From contig CAKOWI010000007.1 in the NCBI GenBank assembly GCA_934122275.1, positions 2,466-66,465 of the forward strand: a DNA stretch of 64,000 nucleotides, in the 5' to 3' direction. Within the stretch, counting starts at the first letter, position 1; every line of letters starts with the position of its first letter. The DNA is from an uncultured Bacilli bacterium. Its GTDB lineage: Bacteria; Bacillota_I; Bacilli_A; RF39; UBA660. The notes below the pieces were generated by a model, which saw only the letters and a list, made by a program, of their open reading frames with translations, did no database searches and was not told where the DNA came from. Made by a program: the position numbers and the translations under genes. Below are positions 1 to 9,476 of this stretch, piece by piece.

Positions 1-1010
1 TAAATATTATGAAGACTATTATTTATACCATAGCTTATAATGTCACTTAACTTTTCTATTACAAAATCAGCTTCTTTAGGACAAACCATTAAATTATATC
101 CTATAGGAGTTAAAACCTCATAAGTTAGTTCTTTTAATTCTTCTTCATCTAGTAGTCCAACAAGTCCCAATAACGTTTTTCTATCATCATCAGTAATATT
201 AATATCTTTATTAGCATAATTTATGTTTTTTGTTAAAAATTTTGAAACTTTCTTGTTTGATAGTTTCTTATTATAAGAATAATTTTTAATCATATAGTTT
301 ATCGTATCACACACAATTTGTGATGCTGATGTAACAGTTGGAACTCCTATAGCTATAACAGGAATGTTTAGAGTTTCTTTAGATATTTCTTTTCTTTTAT
401 TACCTATACCACTACCAGGAGATATTCCAGTATCTGATATTTGTATACTTTTATTTACTCTTGATATAGAACTTGATGCTAAAGCATCTACTACAATTAC
501 TAAATCTGGTGAAATTTTATCTATTACTCCTTTTATATAGTCACTAGTTTCAATGCCAGTTGTACCAGTTACACCTGGATAAAATGCTGATACATTTGAA
601 AATTTATCTTCAACGTCTATGTTCATATCAAAAAAATGACTTGTTACTATTATTTTATCAGACACAAGTGGTCCTAATGAATCTGGTGTAACTTTTATAT
701 TTCCAAGACCTACTATCACTGTTTTAAATTGCTTATTAAATCCAATTTCATTTAGCATCTTTTTTAATTCGATTTTTAATACTTCTGAAACTTTCTTTTT
801 ATAATTATCATCCGTTATATCGTCAAACTCTAATGTTATATAAGTTCCCTTCTTTTTATTAATTACATTATTTTCATCAAGCTTGCATTTACTAATTTTT
901 ATGTTTGTATCTTCATATGTATAGTTATCATACTTTTCTTGTCTTTCATCTAATAAGTCTACAGCCATATCAGTTCTTACTTCATATTTACTTAAATCTA
1001 TGTTATGCAT
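1..1010 (-). CDS. gpr: Germination (spore) protease GPR; 3' end reaches the window edge
   Basis: Absent from the ORF track because no stop lies inside the window. Hand translation from ATG 1010 gives MHNIDLSKYEVRTDMAVDLL..VGLGN..VTPDSLGP..GIETSDYIKGVI..IQISDTGISPGSGIGNKRKEISKETLNIPVIAIGVPTV, collinear with Bacillus Gpr motifs. Confidence 0.9.
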   Translation of the reverse strand, partial: MHNIDLSKYEVRTDMAVDLLDERQEKYDNYTYEDTNIKISKCKLDENNVINKKKGTYITLEFDDITDDNYKKKVSEVLKIELKKMLNEIGFNKQFKTVIVGLGNIKVTPDSLGPLVSDKIIVTSHFFDMNIDVEDKFSNVSAFYPGVTGTTGIETSDYIKGVIDKISPDLVIVVDALASSSISRVNKSIQISDTGISPGSGIGNKRKEISKETLNIPVIAIGVPTVTSASQIVCDTINYMIKNYSYNKKLSNKKVSKFLTKNINYANKDINITDDDRKTLLGLVGLLDEEELKELTYEVLTPIGYNLMVCPKEADFVIEKLSDIISYGINNSLHNI

Positions 1011-1113
1011 ATCTTTCACCCTTTATATTTTTACCAAAAAATATAAATATTATTGCTTTTTTATTTTTTTTTTGATAAACTATAAGAAGTTATATGCCCA
1101 GGAGGTGAAATTT

Positions 1114-1356
1114 ATGCCAAATATTAAAAGTGCTAAAAAAAGAGTTAAAGTAATAGAAGCTAAACATGAATCAAACATTGTTCCTAAAGGAGCTATGAAA
1201 ACTGCCGTTAAAAAGGTTAGAAAAGAAGCTAATACTGAAAACTTAAATATTGCTAATAAAAGAATTGATAAAGCTTGCAATAAAGGTATTATCACTAAAA
1301 ATAAAGCAGCTCGTCTAAAATCAAATCTATCTAAAAAAGTAAATGAAGCGAAGTAA
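1114..1356 (+). CDS. rpsT: 30S ribosomal protein S20
   Basis: MPNIKSAKKRVKV.. is the typical S20 N-terminus. RBS GGAGGTGA lies 6 nt upstream of ATG 1114. The longer track ORF from 1000 is an upstream extension. Confidence 0.95.
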   Translation: MPNIKSAKKRVKVIEAKHESNIVPKGAMKTAVKKVRKEANTENLNIANKRIDKACNKGIITKNKAARLKSNLSKKVNEAK

Positions 1357-1372
1357 TTATACTTCTTTTTTT
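1350..1372 (+). terminator. Intrinsic terminator after rpsT
   Basis: Hairpin GAAGTA-ATTA-TACTTC followed by T7. Confidence 0.7.
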
Positions 1373-1405
1373 ATTTATTAATATATATGTGTTATAATTA
1401 AGTAG

Positions 1406-2338
1406 GTGATTAATTTGAAAAAGATGTTTAAGACTGGTCTTTCTGTTATAGTATTTGTAATTATTGGATATTTAATTTATGATAACTATTATTTTATAAT
1501 AAATAAAATTGATCAAGTTACAATGAAATACTTTAAACATGAACAAAAACAAGATTTAAAAGATAATTCATATAGAAAAAAGACTAATTATGAATATTTA
1601 AAGGTTAATAATAATACTGATATAAAAAATTATGACGATTTAAAAAATGCCATATATACGTATTTAGATGCAGGTTGGAATACATATAACATATTATGTA
1701 ATTCAAATTATGTAAATTGTATTGATGATGCTAAAGAAATAATACAAAATAATAGTTATTTAACTGATATTAGTAATTTCGTTCATCCATATAATACATT
1801 TAAGAAAGTTAATGCTACGTTTACTTCATCTGGAAAAATAACATTAAATAGAAAAAATAAGTATACAAATGAGCAAATTAGTCAAATAAATAGTAAGATT
1901 GATGAAATTTATAATAATAATTATAATCCAAATGCTAGTTTAAGAGAAAATATTAAGATATTTCATGATTATATAGTTAATAATACTACTTATGATAAAA
2001 ATAATACTTCAGGTGACTCTAGTATACCTTCTAGTACAGCATATGGTGTTCTATTTAATGGAAGTGGTATATGTTCTGGATATACTGATACTATGGCATT
2101 ATTTTTAGAAAAACTTAAAGTACCTAACTATAGAGTATCTTCTCCTTCACATGTTTGGAATTTAGCTTACGTAGACAATAGCTGGCTTCATATTGATCTT
2201 ACATGGGATGATCCAGTAACTAGTGATAATTCTAATGTTATGAGTGATAAATATTTCTTAATTTCTACTAGTGAATTAAAAAGTTTAAATGATGGTGAAC
2301 ATGAATTTGATGATAATATCTATATAGAAGCAAAGTAA
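1406..2338 (+). CDS. Membrane-anchored transglutaminase-like (Cys-His-Asp) domain protein
   Basis: N-terminal TM helix. Core GICSGYTDTMALFLEKL..SHVWNLAYVDNSWLHIDLTWDDP is typical of transglutaminase-like cysteine peptidase cores. The true start is probably TTG 1415 or ATG 1424, downstream of RBS AGGTGA. Confidence 0.7.
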   Translation: MINLKKMFKTGLSVIVFVIIGYLIYDNYYFIINKIDQVTMKYFKHEQKQDLKDNSYRKKTNYEYLKVNNNTDIKNYDDLKNAIYTYLDAGWNTYNILCNSNYVNCIDDAKEIIQNNSYLTDISNFVHPYNTFKKVNATFTSSGKITLNRKNKYTNEQISQINSKIDEIYNNNYNPNASLRENIKIFHDYIVNNTTYDKNNTSGDSSIPSSTAYGVLFNGSGICSGYTDTMALFLEKLKVPNYRVSSPSHVWNLAYVDNSWLHIDLTWDDPVTSDNSNVMSDKYFLISTSELKSLNDGEHEFDDNIYIEAK

Positions 2339-2369
2339 AAGAACTAATATAATTTTTATTAGTTCTTTT
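2337..2369. terminator. Bidirectional terminator between convergent genes
   Basis: AAAAGAACTAAT..ATTAGTTCTTTT, a 12-bp stem with A/T runs on both sides. Confidence 0.6.
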
Positions 2370-2374
2370 AAATT

Positions 2375-2557
2375 TTACTTAAATAAGTTTTGTATACTTG
2401 CTTTTATCATATTTATGATATTAGGATTTACTACAGTTACCACACAAAGTGATAATAACAAAAGTAATATTATTACAATTATAGTAAAACTAATATTAGC
2501 TGTTCTCATTGTTTCAATGTCTATTTTAGACGGTCTACCCACTTTTTTTCTACTCAC
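2375..2557 (-). CDS. Small membrane protein, unknown function (60 aa)
   Basis: Basic N-terminus (RKKVGRPSK) followed by one strong TM helix. Lies directly downstream of miaA on the same strand. Confidence 0.4.
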   Translation of the reverse strand: MSRKKVGRPSKIDIETMRTANISFTIIVIILLLLLSLCVVTVVNPNIINMIKASIQNLFK

Positions 2558-2593
2558 TTTATATCACCTATAATAATATTAACAAATTAATTA

Positions 2594-3454
2594 TTAATTT
2601 TCAATATAACTTATCACATCGCTTATTGTTTTTTCAAAATTATTTACATCTACATTAAACCACTTTACATTTAGTTGATGATTAAAAAATGTATACTGTC
2701 TTTTAGCATAATTTCTACTTCTTTGTTTTATTAAATTAATGCAATCTTCTAAACTACTTTTTCCTTCAAAATACGGATACAATTCTTTATAAGCTATTGC
2801 AGTATTAATTGCTTTGCTATGAATATTATTGTTATAAAAATACCTAGCTTCATCTAAAAGACCATCATAAATCATTTTATCTACCCTACTATTTATAACA
2901 TCATAAAGCTCATTTCTAGGTCTTGTAAGTCCTATTATTTTAACATCATAGAGTAATTTATTTGACACTACTTTATCATTGGTTTTATGATTATTTAAAT
3001 AACTTTCTAATCTTTGTCTATTATTTTTATGTATTTTTGTATCTTTATCTATTTTTAAGACCATATCATATAATTCATCATTAGAAAATTTAGTGTAGTC
3101 ATTTTTTTTGCCATTTTCTCTAAATTCATAGTTGTATAACAACGCTTTTAAGTATAACCCGGTACCACCTACAATGACCACGTTTTTCTTTTTCTTAATT
3201 AAGTTATCTAAAATATTTCTAGCATCTTTTTGATAATCATATACAGAATAATCATCTTGCACATCTTTAATATCTATCATATGATGTACTATGTTTTCTT
3301 TTTCTTGTTCTGTAACTTTTGCAGTACCTATGTCCATTTTTCTATATATTTGCATACTATCGCAGCTAATTATTTCTGCATTATATCTTTTTGCTAAAGA
3401 AACAGACATTTTTGTTTTTCCTACACCTGTCGGACCTACTATTGCTATTATCAT
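2594..3454 (-). CDS. miaA: tRNA dimethylallyltransferase
   Basis: P-loop IVGPTGVGKT, SCDSMQIYRKMDIGTAK and GGTGLY motifs. ATG 3454 is preferred over the GTG 3463 that lies inside the RBS. Confidence 0.9.
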   Translation of the reverse strand: MIIAIVGPTGVGKTKMSVSLAKRYNAEIISCDSMQIYRKMDIGTAKVTEQEKENIVHHMIDIKDVQDDYSVYDYQKDARNILDNLIKKKKNVVIVGGTGLYLKALLYNYEFRENGKKNDYTKFSNDELYDMVLKIDKDTKIHKNNRQRLESYLNNHKTNDKVVSNKLLYDVKIIGLTRPRNELYDVINSRVDKMIYDGLLDEARYFYNNNIHSKAINTAIAYKELYPYFEGKSSLEDCINLIKQRSRNYAKRQYTFFNHQLNVKWFNVDVNNFEKTISDVISYIEN

Positions 3455-3550
3455 AATAATCACAACCTTTAATACATTTAATTATAATATAAATAGACTA
3501 TAATGTCACTTTATTTTTATTGTATATTAAGATACATATATACGCTATTC

Positions 3551-4657
3551 TTACTTTTTATTTACCATAACAAGTGGTACATAAACTTCATCTTCTGTAA
3601 TACCAGCATGTGATGACTTAAACTTTTCATGCTTATCACTATATCTAATTGCTTTATCACTTATAGCGATTGCCATATAGTCTCCTATTCCATCTTTAAA
3701 TAGTTGGTTTTCTATTCCATCACCAAATACTTTATTTTTAATTATTTCTTCTTTATTAAGTAGTAAAAAATCATCTTTTATTACTTTTTTTATTTCTTTT
3801 TCGAATTCTTTTTCTTTGCCTTCTTTTAGCCTAAAAGATGCAGCTCGTGAATCAATACCTGTTGTTCCTTTTAATAAATTTATAATACTTGGATAATCGG
3901 TTAACGTAATCCAATCACTTATATTTATATGTCCATGATCTGCAATCATGATTACGAGTGAATCGTTAACTCTATTACATAACTCTTCAAATTTCTTATC
4001 TATTAATTTGAACTTTTCTTTAGCATAGGTACTATCTGTCCCGTATTCATGCATGATACCATCTGGATCATCATAATATGCATAAATATAGTTTTTCTTA
4101 TCATTTTTGGTTATTTCTACTATATTATCATTCATTTCATCGATATCTTTATATGAAACACTTCCAAACGGTGATACACCACTTCCTAAACATCCATCTA
4201 TCTTTGAAATCTTCTTCATAACACTAACTGTTTTAAGAATATTTTTAGTTCCTGGATAATCTTCTATTTTTGCACCACTTTCTTTTTCACAATTTAAAAA
4301 TAGTGTTACAACAGAATCATATTTTTTCATGTACATATCCCAGCCAAGCCAGCCGTGTTCTACTGGACTAAGTCCAGTTATTACACTAGTAGTTGCAGCT
4401 GTTGTTGTAGGTGGAAATACACTTGATATCTTACATTTTAAATTTTTATTTAAGAATGGAGTTATATCCTTGTTTTTCTTTAATATGTTATAACCAAATC
4501 CATCATATAAAACAACTATTATATTTTTATAATCATTTTTTAAAGCTTCATCAACCATTTTTAATGTTTTTCTCTTATTTTCTATTCCATAATAATTTTC
4601 TATAGAACTTATTAAACTAAGTAAACTATTATCATAATCTGGATAAATATATTTCAT
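3551..4657 (-). CDS. Alkaline-phosphatase-superfamily protein (nucleotide pyrophosphatase/phosphodiesterase-like)
   Basis: Metal and nucleophile motifs: YDGFGYN, VFPPTTTAATTS, ADHGH. Start at ATG 4657 after RBS AAGGTGA. Confidence 0.65.
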   Translation of the reverse strand: MKYIYPDYDNSLLSLISSIENYYGIENKRKTLKMVDEALKNDYKNIIVVLYDGFGYNILKKNKDITPFLNKNLKCKISSVFPPTTTAATTSVITGLSPVEHGWLGWDMYMKKYDSVVTLFLNCEKESGAKIEDYPGTKNILKTVSVMKKISKIDGCLGSGVSPFGSVSYKDIDEMNDNIVEITKNDKKNYIYAYYDDPDGIMHEYGTDSTYAKEKFKLIDKKFEELCNRVNDSLVIMIADHGHINISDWITLTDYPSIINLLKGTTGIDSRAASFRLKEGKEKEFEKEIKKVIKDDFLLLNKEEIIKNKVFGDGIENQLFKDGIGDYMAIAISDKAIRYSDKHEKFKSSHAGITEDEVYVPLVMVNKK

Positions 4658-4678
4658 TTTAATCACCTTTTCTTTCTT

Positions 4679-5212
4679 TTATACTCTAACTACTTTCTTA
4701 AAATCATCTTTAAGTATTTCCATCTCAATTATATCATAATATTTCCCGTTCAAAAAATACGCTTCATGTCTTCTGACATATTCTTTAAACCCTATTTTTT
4801 TATAACAATTATTCGCTCTTTCATTAAACTGAAATACACATAAATTAATATTGTGCATATTTTGAAAATTAAATGCATAATTTAAGAGTAAATCTAATGC
4901 TTCTGCACCATAACCCTTATTTCTATTTTCTTCATCACCAAGAAAAATTTCAACAGTAAACCTTCTATTTATTCTATCTATTTTCATCAATGAACAATTA
5001 CCTATGAGTTCATCTGTTTTAATATCTACAATTGCAAAGTTTACATTTCCATTTTTTAAAGCATTAGTAATCCATTCTTTTTCCCCTTCTATGGAAGTGA
5101 TAATAACTGTACTACTCAATGCATCAGTTACATTTCTATCATTCATCCAAATAGTATATTTTTCAGCATCTAAAATATTCATTGGTGATAAATATAATCT
5201 TTTTTCCTTCAA
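4679..5212 (-). CDS. GNAT family N-acetyltransferase (RimJ/RimL-like)
   Basis: RLYLSPMNILDAEKY..W, NKGYGAEAL and FNERANNCYKKIGF are GNAT A/B motifs. The 5' end is ambiguous (TTG 5212 or ATG 5182); see the findings on the A6 tract. Confidence 0.8.
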   Translation of the reverse strand: MKEKRLYLSPMNILDAEKYTIWMNDRNVTDALSSTVIITSIEGEKEWITNALKNGNVNFAIVDIKTDELIGNCSLMKIDRINRRFTVEIFLGDEENRNKGYGAEALDLLLNYAFNFQNMHNINLCVFQFNERANNCYKKIGFKEYVRRHEAYFLNGKYYDIIEMEILKDDFKKVVRV

Positions 5213-5265
5213 ATTTTTTAAAGTATTTCATAGGTTTCTCCTCTCTTATTTTATAAGCAACAAGC

Positions 5266-5303
5266 AAAAAGCACGCAAGTCACTTATTATAGTGACTCCG
5301 TGC
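5266..5303 (-). terminator. Intrinsic terminator inside the 5' leader of the GNAT gene (attenuator candidate)
   Basis: On the minus strand: GCACGGAGTCACT-ATAATA-AGTGACTTGCGTGC followed by TTTTT. It ends about 20 nt upstream of RBS GAGAGGAG. Confidence 0.6.
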
Positions 5304-5380
5304 TTCATTAAAGTACGTGTAGGTTTTTTTACCCTTTGAGGCTAGATGTAATATCACACTCAAACTCACTTGTTATTAAT

Positions 5381-5409
5381 AAAATAACAGTTTTAATTTT
5401 AGCTGTCAA
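5381..5409 (-). promoter_or_regulatory. Candidate sigma-A promoter of the GNAT leader
   Basis: TTGACA, 17 nt spacer, TATTTT (weak -10). Confidence 0.3.
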
Positions 5410-5466
5410 GTATTAATTTTAATTTTTTTCTTCCAGAGCGACCTAATAGTTTGATAATTCTCTAAT

Positions 5467-6081
5467 TTAGGTTCTAGATATCTTTTCAGCATTTTTAAAT
5501 AAATAGTTGCACAATCTCGTTCTAAAAAATACAAAATCTAACAAGCTTGTTTTCGAATCATATTCAATGTACTGTTTATATCCAAATGTACTTGTAAGAA
5601 GTTGTATTAAATATAAACATGACATAAACTTAAAGTCATATTTGTTCAATTTTACATAATTAGTAAACGTTTTAACATATTCAACCAAATTATTAATATC
5701 AATTTTTCCAAAATATTCAGCTGATTCTAAGATTTGATCATAATTTCCAGTATTAGATTCCATCGTATAACCATCAATAAATTTTTGCATAATTATAATC
5801 CTATTTTTATATACAAAACTATATTCTCCGGTTACAGTTTTCACATATTCTGGAACAGGAATACTATCATTTCTTAAATGATTTATTATAATTATTTCTT
5901 TATTAATTTCTTCTCTTGTGTACCTTTCTTGAAACTCCTTTAATATGTATTTATTTTGATTTAATGAATATAAATTAGCACTACCACGATTTAGCTTTTC
6001 AACCTCATAAACATCAATATTATAATTAGCTTTTGCCACTTCAATTATCATCTTTTTAGTAAATATAGTTTCATCTATCAT
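5467..6081 (-). CDS. Phosphotransferase (APH/choline-kinase) family remnant, probably inactive
   Basis: The N-lobe resembles the APH family (RGSANLYSL..YILKEF). The 204-aa product shows no HxDxxxxN catalytic loop or DFD/DxD motif, so it looks internally deleted. Confidence 0.4.
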   Translation of the reverse strand: MIDETIFTKKMIIEVAKANYNIDVYEVEKLNRGSANLYSLNQNKYILKEFQERYTREEINKEIIIINHLRNDSIPVPEYVKTVTGEYSFVYKNRIIIMQKFIDGYTMESNTGNYDQILESAEYFGKIDINNLVEYVKTFTNYVKLNKYDFKFMSCLYLIQLLTSTFGYKQYIEYDSKTSLLDFVFFRTRLCNYLFKNAEKISRT

Positions 6082-6137
6082 TTTAATAATTCTTCTTTTT
6101 TAAAGTCATTGACATTTTATGACTACCTAATATATAT

Positions 6138-6683
6138 TTAATCTAAAATTAATCTTACCTCTTTTAAGATATCCGTATCTTTACTAATCTTTACCGTGTT
6201 AATTTCTAAGCTTTTAGCTCCTAAAATATTATTTTCGTTATCATCTAAAAATAATAATTCTTGCGGCATTAAGTTATACTTATTCAATATATATCTATAA
6301 AATTCCTTGTCAGGTTTTATTTCATGTATTTCAGATGAAATAATAATATCATCTAAATATTTATCATCAAAGTTATTTTTAATATAGCTTTTTACATATG
6401 ATACATGGTTAGTTGCTATAATAATTTTAACTTTATTATTTATTTTCTTTATATCTTCAAATAGATTAGAAAATCTAACTTTGTATAATTTATTAATAAT
6501 TTCTTTCGTTAGATTGATTAGTTTTATCTTATCTCTCTCATATTTAGAACCTTTATTTAAGTAATCTTCATCACTAATATTTGGACCAAATAATCTTTCT
6601 AATTTGTCTTCAGTTTCATTTAAATTTATGTCCTTTTCAGAGACTAAAACTCCGACTAAATCAAATGCTATTACTTTTATCAT
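6138..6683 (-). CDS. HAD-superfamily hydrolase
   Basis: Motif I VIAFDLVGVL and motif IV LFLDDNENN. Confidence 0.7.
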   Translation of the reverse strand: MIKVIAFDLVGVLVSEKDINLNETEDKLERLFGPNISDEDYLNKGSKYERDKIKLINLTKEIINKLYKVRFSNLFEDIKKINNKVKIIIATNHVSYVKSYIKNNFDDKYLDDIIISSEIHEIKPDKEFYRYILNKYNLMPQELLFLDDNENNILGAKSLEINTVKISKDTDILKEVRLILD

Positions 6684-6744
6684 GCTTTCTCCTATTATTA
6701 TTCATATATATTTAAATACTTTAGTTTTATTAATAAATCTTATT

Positions 6745-7320
6745 TTAGTCTAAATCCTTTAAATGTATATTCCACTTTAATAAATATTCATATATCTTTT
6801 CTACTGGAACACCTAAAATATTATAAAAACTACCATTTATGTTTTTAATAAAATTAGAAGCTACTGTTTCAACTATAAAACCAGAAGAATACATTACATT
6901 TGGTTCCTGCTTTATATAATAATCTAAATCAACATCATCAACTTCGTTTAAAGTTATTTTAGTTTCTTGATAATCACTAATATATTCGTTAGTGTATTTA
7001 TTTATTAATGCTATTCCTGTAATTATACTTGTAGTTTTACCAGAAGACATCTTCAAATTTTCTTTAGCTTCATGAATACTATTTGGCTTTTCTGTTATAT
7101 TTCCATCTACATATAAAACAGTATCTAATCCTAAAATAATACAATCAGTTACATTTATACTATTTGCTTTACCAAGTGATAACTTCTTAACATATTCATA
7201 AACGTTATCCTTAATATTTTTCTTTTCATCATAATTACTACTCACTAAATGATGTTTCATTTTTACTTTATCTAATATTTCACTTTTAAACTTTGAAGTG
7301 CTTGCCAATACTAACTTCAT
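6745..7320 (-). CDS. maf: Maf-like nucleoside triphosphate pyrophosphatase
   Basis: KLVLASTSKFKSEIL N-terminus, about 190 aa. Its start overlaps the mutL stop (TAATG). Confidence 0.8.
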   Translation of the reverse strand: MKLVLASTSKFKSEILDKVKMKHHLVSSNYDEKKNIKDNVYEYVKKLSLGKANSINVTDCIILGLDTVLYVDGNITEKPNSIHEAKENLKMSSGKTTSIITGIALINKYTNEYISDYQETKITLNEVDDVDLDYYIKQEPNVMYSSGFIVETVASNFIKNINGSFYNILGVPVEKIYEYLLKWNIHLKDLD

Positions 7321-9101
7321 TATTTTTTACCCTCTGACATAGCTCTTTTAAACAATTTCTCTAGTTCATAATTACTATAAAAAATAGTAGTTGGTCTTCC
7401 ATGAGGACATGTATATGGATTATCACACTTTCTTAAATCGTCAATTAATTTTTCCATTTCTTCCATTGAAATATTCATGTTAGCCTTTATTGCCATTTTA
7501 CAACTTAGCATTATAGCAGCCTTTTCTCTAAATTTTTCTATCGTAAAATTCTTTTCTTCACTTATAATTACTTCTAATATTTTCTTTATGCTTTCTTCCT
7601 CATATCCTTCTTTTAACCAGACAGGATGTTCTTTAATGATAAATGAGTTTATTCCATTTTCTTCTATCTTGAAATTCATATTTCTTAGTACATCTAGGTT
7701 TTGTTTAATTATTATAAATTCATTAGTAGGAAACTCAATAGTAAGTGGAACTAACATCTTTATAGTACTAGTATTTGGATTACCAAACTCTTTTAAATAT
7801 CCTTCGTAATTTATTCTTTCTTTTGCAGCATGCTGATCTATCATATACAAGCCTAATTCATTATGACATATAATATATGTACCTTTAGCTAATCCAACTG
7901 GATACATCTCTGGCATTATAACTTTTTTCTTCTCATGAGTTTCTTCTTCATTATAATCAGTTAACTCATCATTAACTTCTAAAACAGGTTCATCAAATAA
8001 ACTATAGTCAACAACATCACTTTGAGTAATGTTTTCTCTTTCTAAGTTAAGTGTTTGAACTTCAACCTTTTGCCTTTTTTCTGGCATATCATTCTTCTTT
8101 TCTATTTTTGGTATTAAAAGTGCTTTATCAAGTACGTCTTTTATTCCCTTTTTTATAAGACTTTTAAGATCCTCAAAATTACTAAACTTTATGTCTAGTT
8201 TTGAAGGATGAACGTTAACGTCTATTAACGATGGATCAGTATTAATATTTAAAACAACGATAGGATATCTAGTTTCAGGTTTATAAGTATGATATGCATC
8301 ATTTATCGCTCTATTTAATTCTGTATTTCTAATTACCCTATTATTTACAAGTGTTATCATATGAGTTCTAGATGATCTAGTAACTTCTGGTAATGAAATG
8401 TATCCATCAACATCATAATCATCATTAAATACAGAAATCTTTTTCATTTTTTTAGCTACTTCAGTACCATATATTTCCTTTATTACCTTAAGTAAATTAC
8501 CAGAGCCATCAGTATTTAATAAAACCTTACCATCACTTATTAAAGTAAATTTTTTTTCTGGATATGATAATGCCATTTTATTAACATATTCACAAATATT
8601 AGCTAACTCACTATAAATACTATTTAAATATTTCAATCTAGCTGGTGTATTAAAGAATAAATCTCTAACTATTATTTCAGTACCATGTCTTGAATCAGAT
8701 ACCTCATCACTTATTAATTTACCACCACTAATTTCTATTTTAGTGCCTAAGTTACTAGCACATGTTTTTAACGTAACATTAGAAACCGATGCAATAGAAG
8801 GAAGTGCTTCACCTCTAAATCCTAATGATGATATTCTAAATAAGTCCATTTCATCTAGTAGTTTACTTGTTGCATGTCTTTGAAATGAAATAAGAGCATC
8901 ATCATGTTCCATTCCAGAACCATTATCAACTACTCTAATTAATTTTGTTCCTGCTTCTACAACTTCTATTTTTATTTCATCTGCACCAGCATCAACACTG
9001 TTTTCAGTTAGCTCCTTAACAACAGATACACATTTTTCAACAACTTCTCCTGCTGCTATCTTATTGGCTAATATATTATCCATAACTTTAATTTTACCCA
9101 T
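7320..9101 (-). CDS. mutL: DNA mismatch repair protein MutL
   Basis: GHKL ATPase motifs IAAGEVVE, ELTENSVDAG, DNGSGM and LGFRGEAL. C-terminal CPHGRPT endonuclease-associated motif. Confidence 0.95.
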   Translation of the reverse strand: MGKIKVMDNILANKIAAGEVVEKCVSVVKELTENSVDAGADEIKIEVVEAGTKLIRVVDNGSGMEHDDALISFQRHATSKLLDEMDLFRISSLGFRGEALPSIASVSNVTLKTCASNLGTKIEISGGKLISDEVSDSRHGTEIIVRDLFFNTPARLKYLNSIYSELANICEYVNKMALSYPEKKFTLISDGKVLLNTDGSGNLLKVIKEIYGTEVAKKMKKISVFNDDYDVDGYISLPEVTRSSRTHMITLVNNRVIRNTELNRAINDAYHTYKPETRYPIVVLNINTDPSLIDVNVHPSKLDIKFSNFEDLKSLIKKGIKDVLDKALLIPKIEKKNDMPEKRQKVEVQTLNLERENITQSDVVDYSLFDEPVLEVNDELTDYNEEETHEKKKVIMPEMYPVGLAKGTYIICHNELGLYMIDQHAAKERINYEGYLKEFGNPNTSTIKMLVPLTIEFPTNEFIIIKQNLDVLRNMNFKIEENGINSFIIKEHPVWLKEGYEEESIKKILEVIISEEKNFTIEKFREKAAIMLSCKMAIKANMNISMEEMEKLIDDLRKCDNPYTCPHGRPTTIFYSNYELEKLFKRAMSEGKK

Positions 9102-9199
9102 TATAATTCACCTACACTTATGGCTTAATTATATCATTTTTGTAAACCAATGTCACCTTATTAAAAATCACATATAATATTTTAGACAGGAGGATTTAT

Positions 9200-9454
9200 A
9201 TGAATAATTACTATCAAACAGCTATACCAGCTTACTATGTTTCAAGCCAAAAAGGAAATAGTAAAAATGATGAAAGATTAGCTGGTGGATTTGTATTTCC
9301 TTTTTTATTAGGAGGAGTAACAGGAGCTGCTGTTGCACCAGCTTTTTGGAACAACAATAGACCACTATACTACGCACCATACCCACCACAACAAGTAGGT
9401 CCATATTACTATGGTCAATCAAGCTATTATTATCAGCCAAGAAGATGGTTTTAA
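9200..9454 (+). CDS. Small Tyr/Pro/Gly-rich protein with a central hydrophobic segment (84 aa)
   Basis: Strong RBS AGGAGGA. Composition-biased tail YYAPYPPQQVGPYYYGQSSYYYQPRRWF. Function unknown. Confidence 0.5.
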   Translation: MNNYYQTAIPAYYVSSQKGNSKNDERLAGGFVFPFLLGGVTGAAVAPAFWNNNRPLYYAPYPPQQVGPYYYGQSSYYYQPRRWF

Positions 9455-9476
9455 AAAAGGCATAGTTTTAATAAAA

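Noticed and set aside
5195-5215. A AAA AAG heptamer considered as a dnaX-like programmed -1 frameshift site.
   Set aside because: The GNAT frame is +1, not -1, relative to the ATG 5231 frame. The classic -1 slippery mechanism would not restore the ORF.
5300-5370. The GNAT leader considered as a preQ1-I riboswitch (UCUAGC loop, A-rich tail, CUA).
   Set aside because: Loop lengths do not fit: L1 is far too long and L2 is about 1 nt. The downstream gene is not que-related. Left as unclassified.
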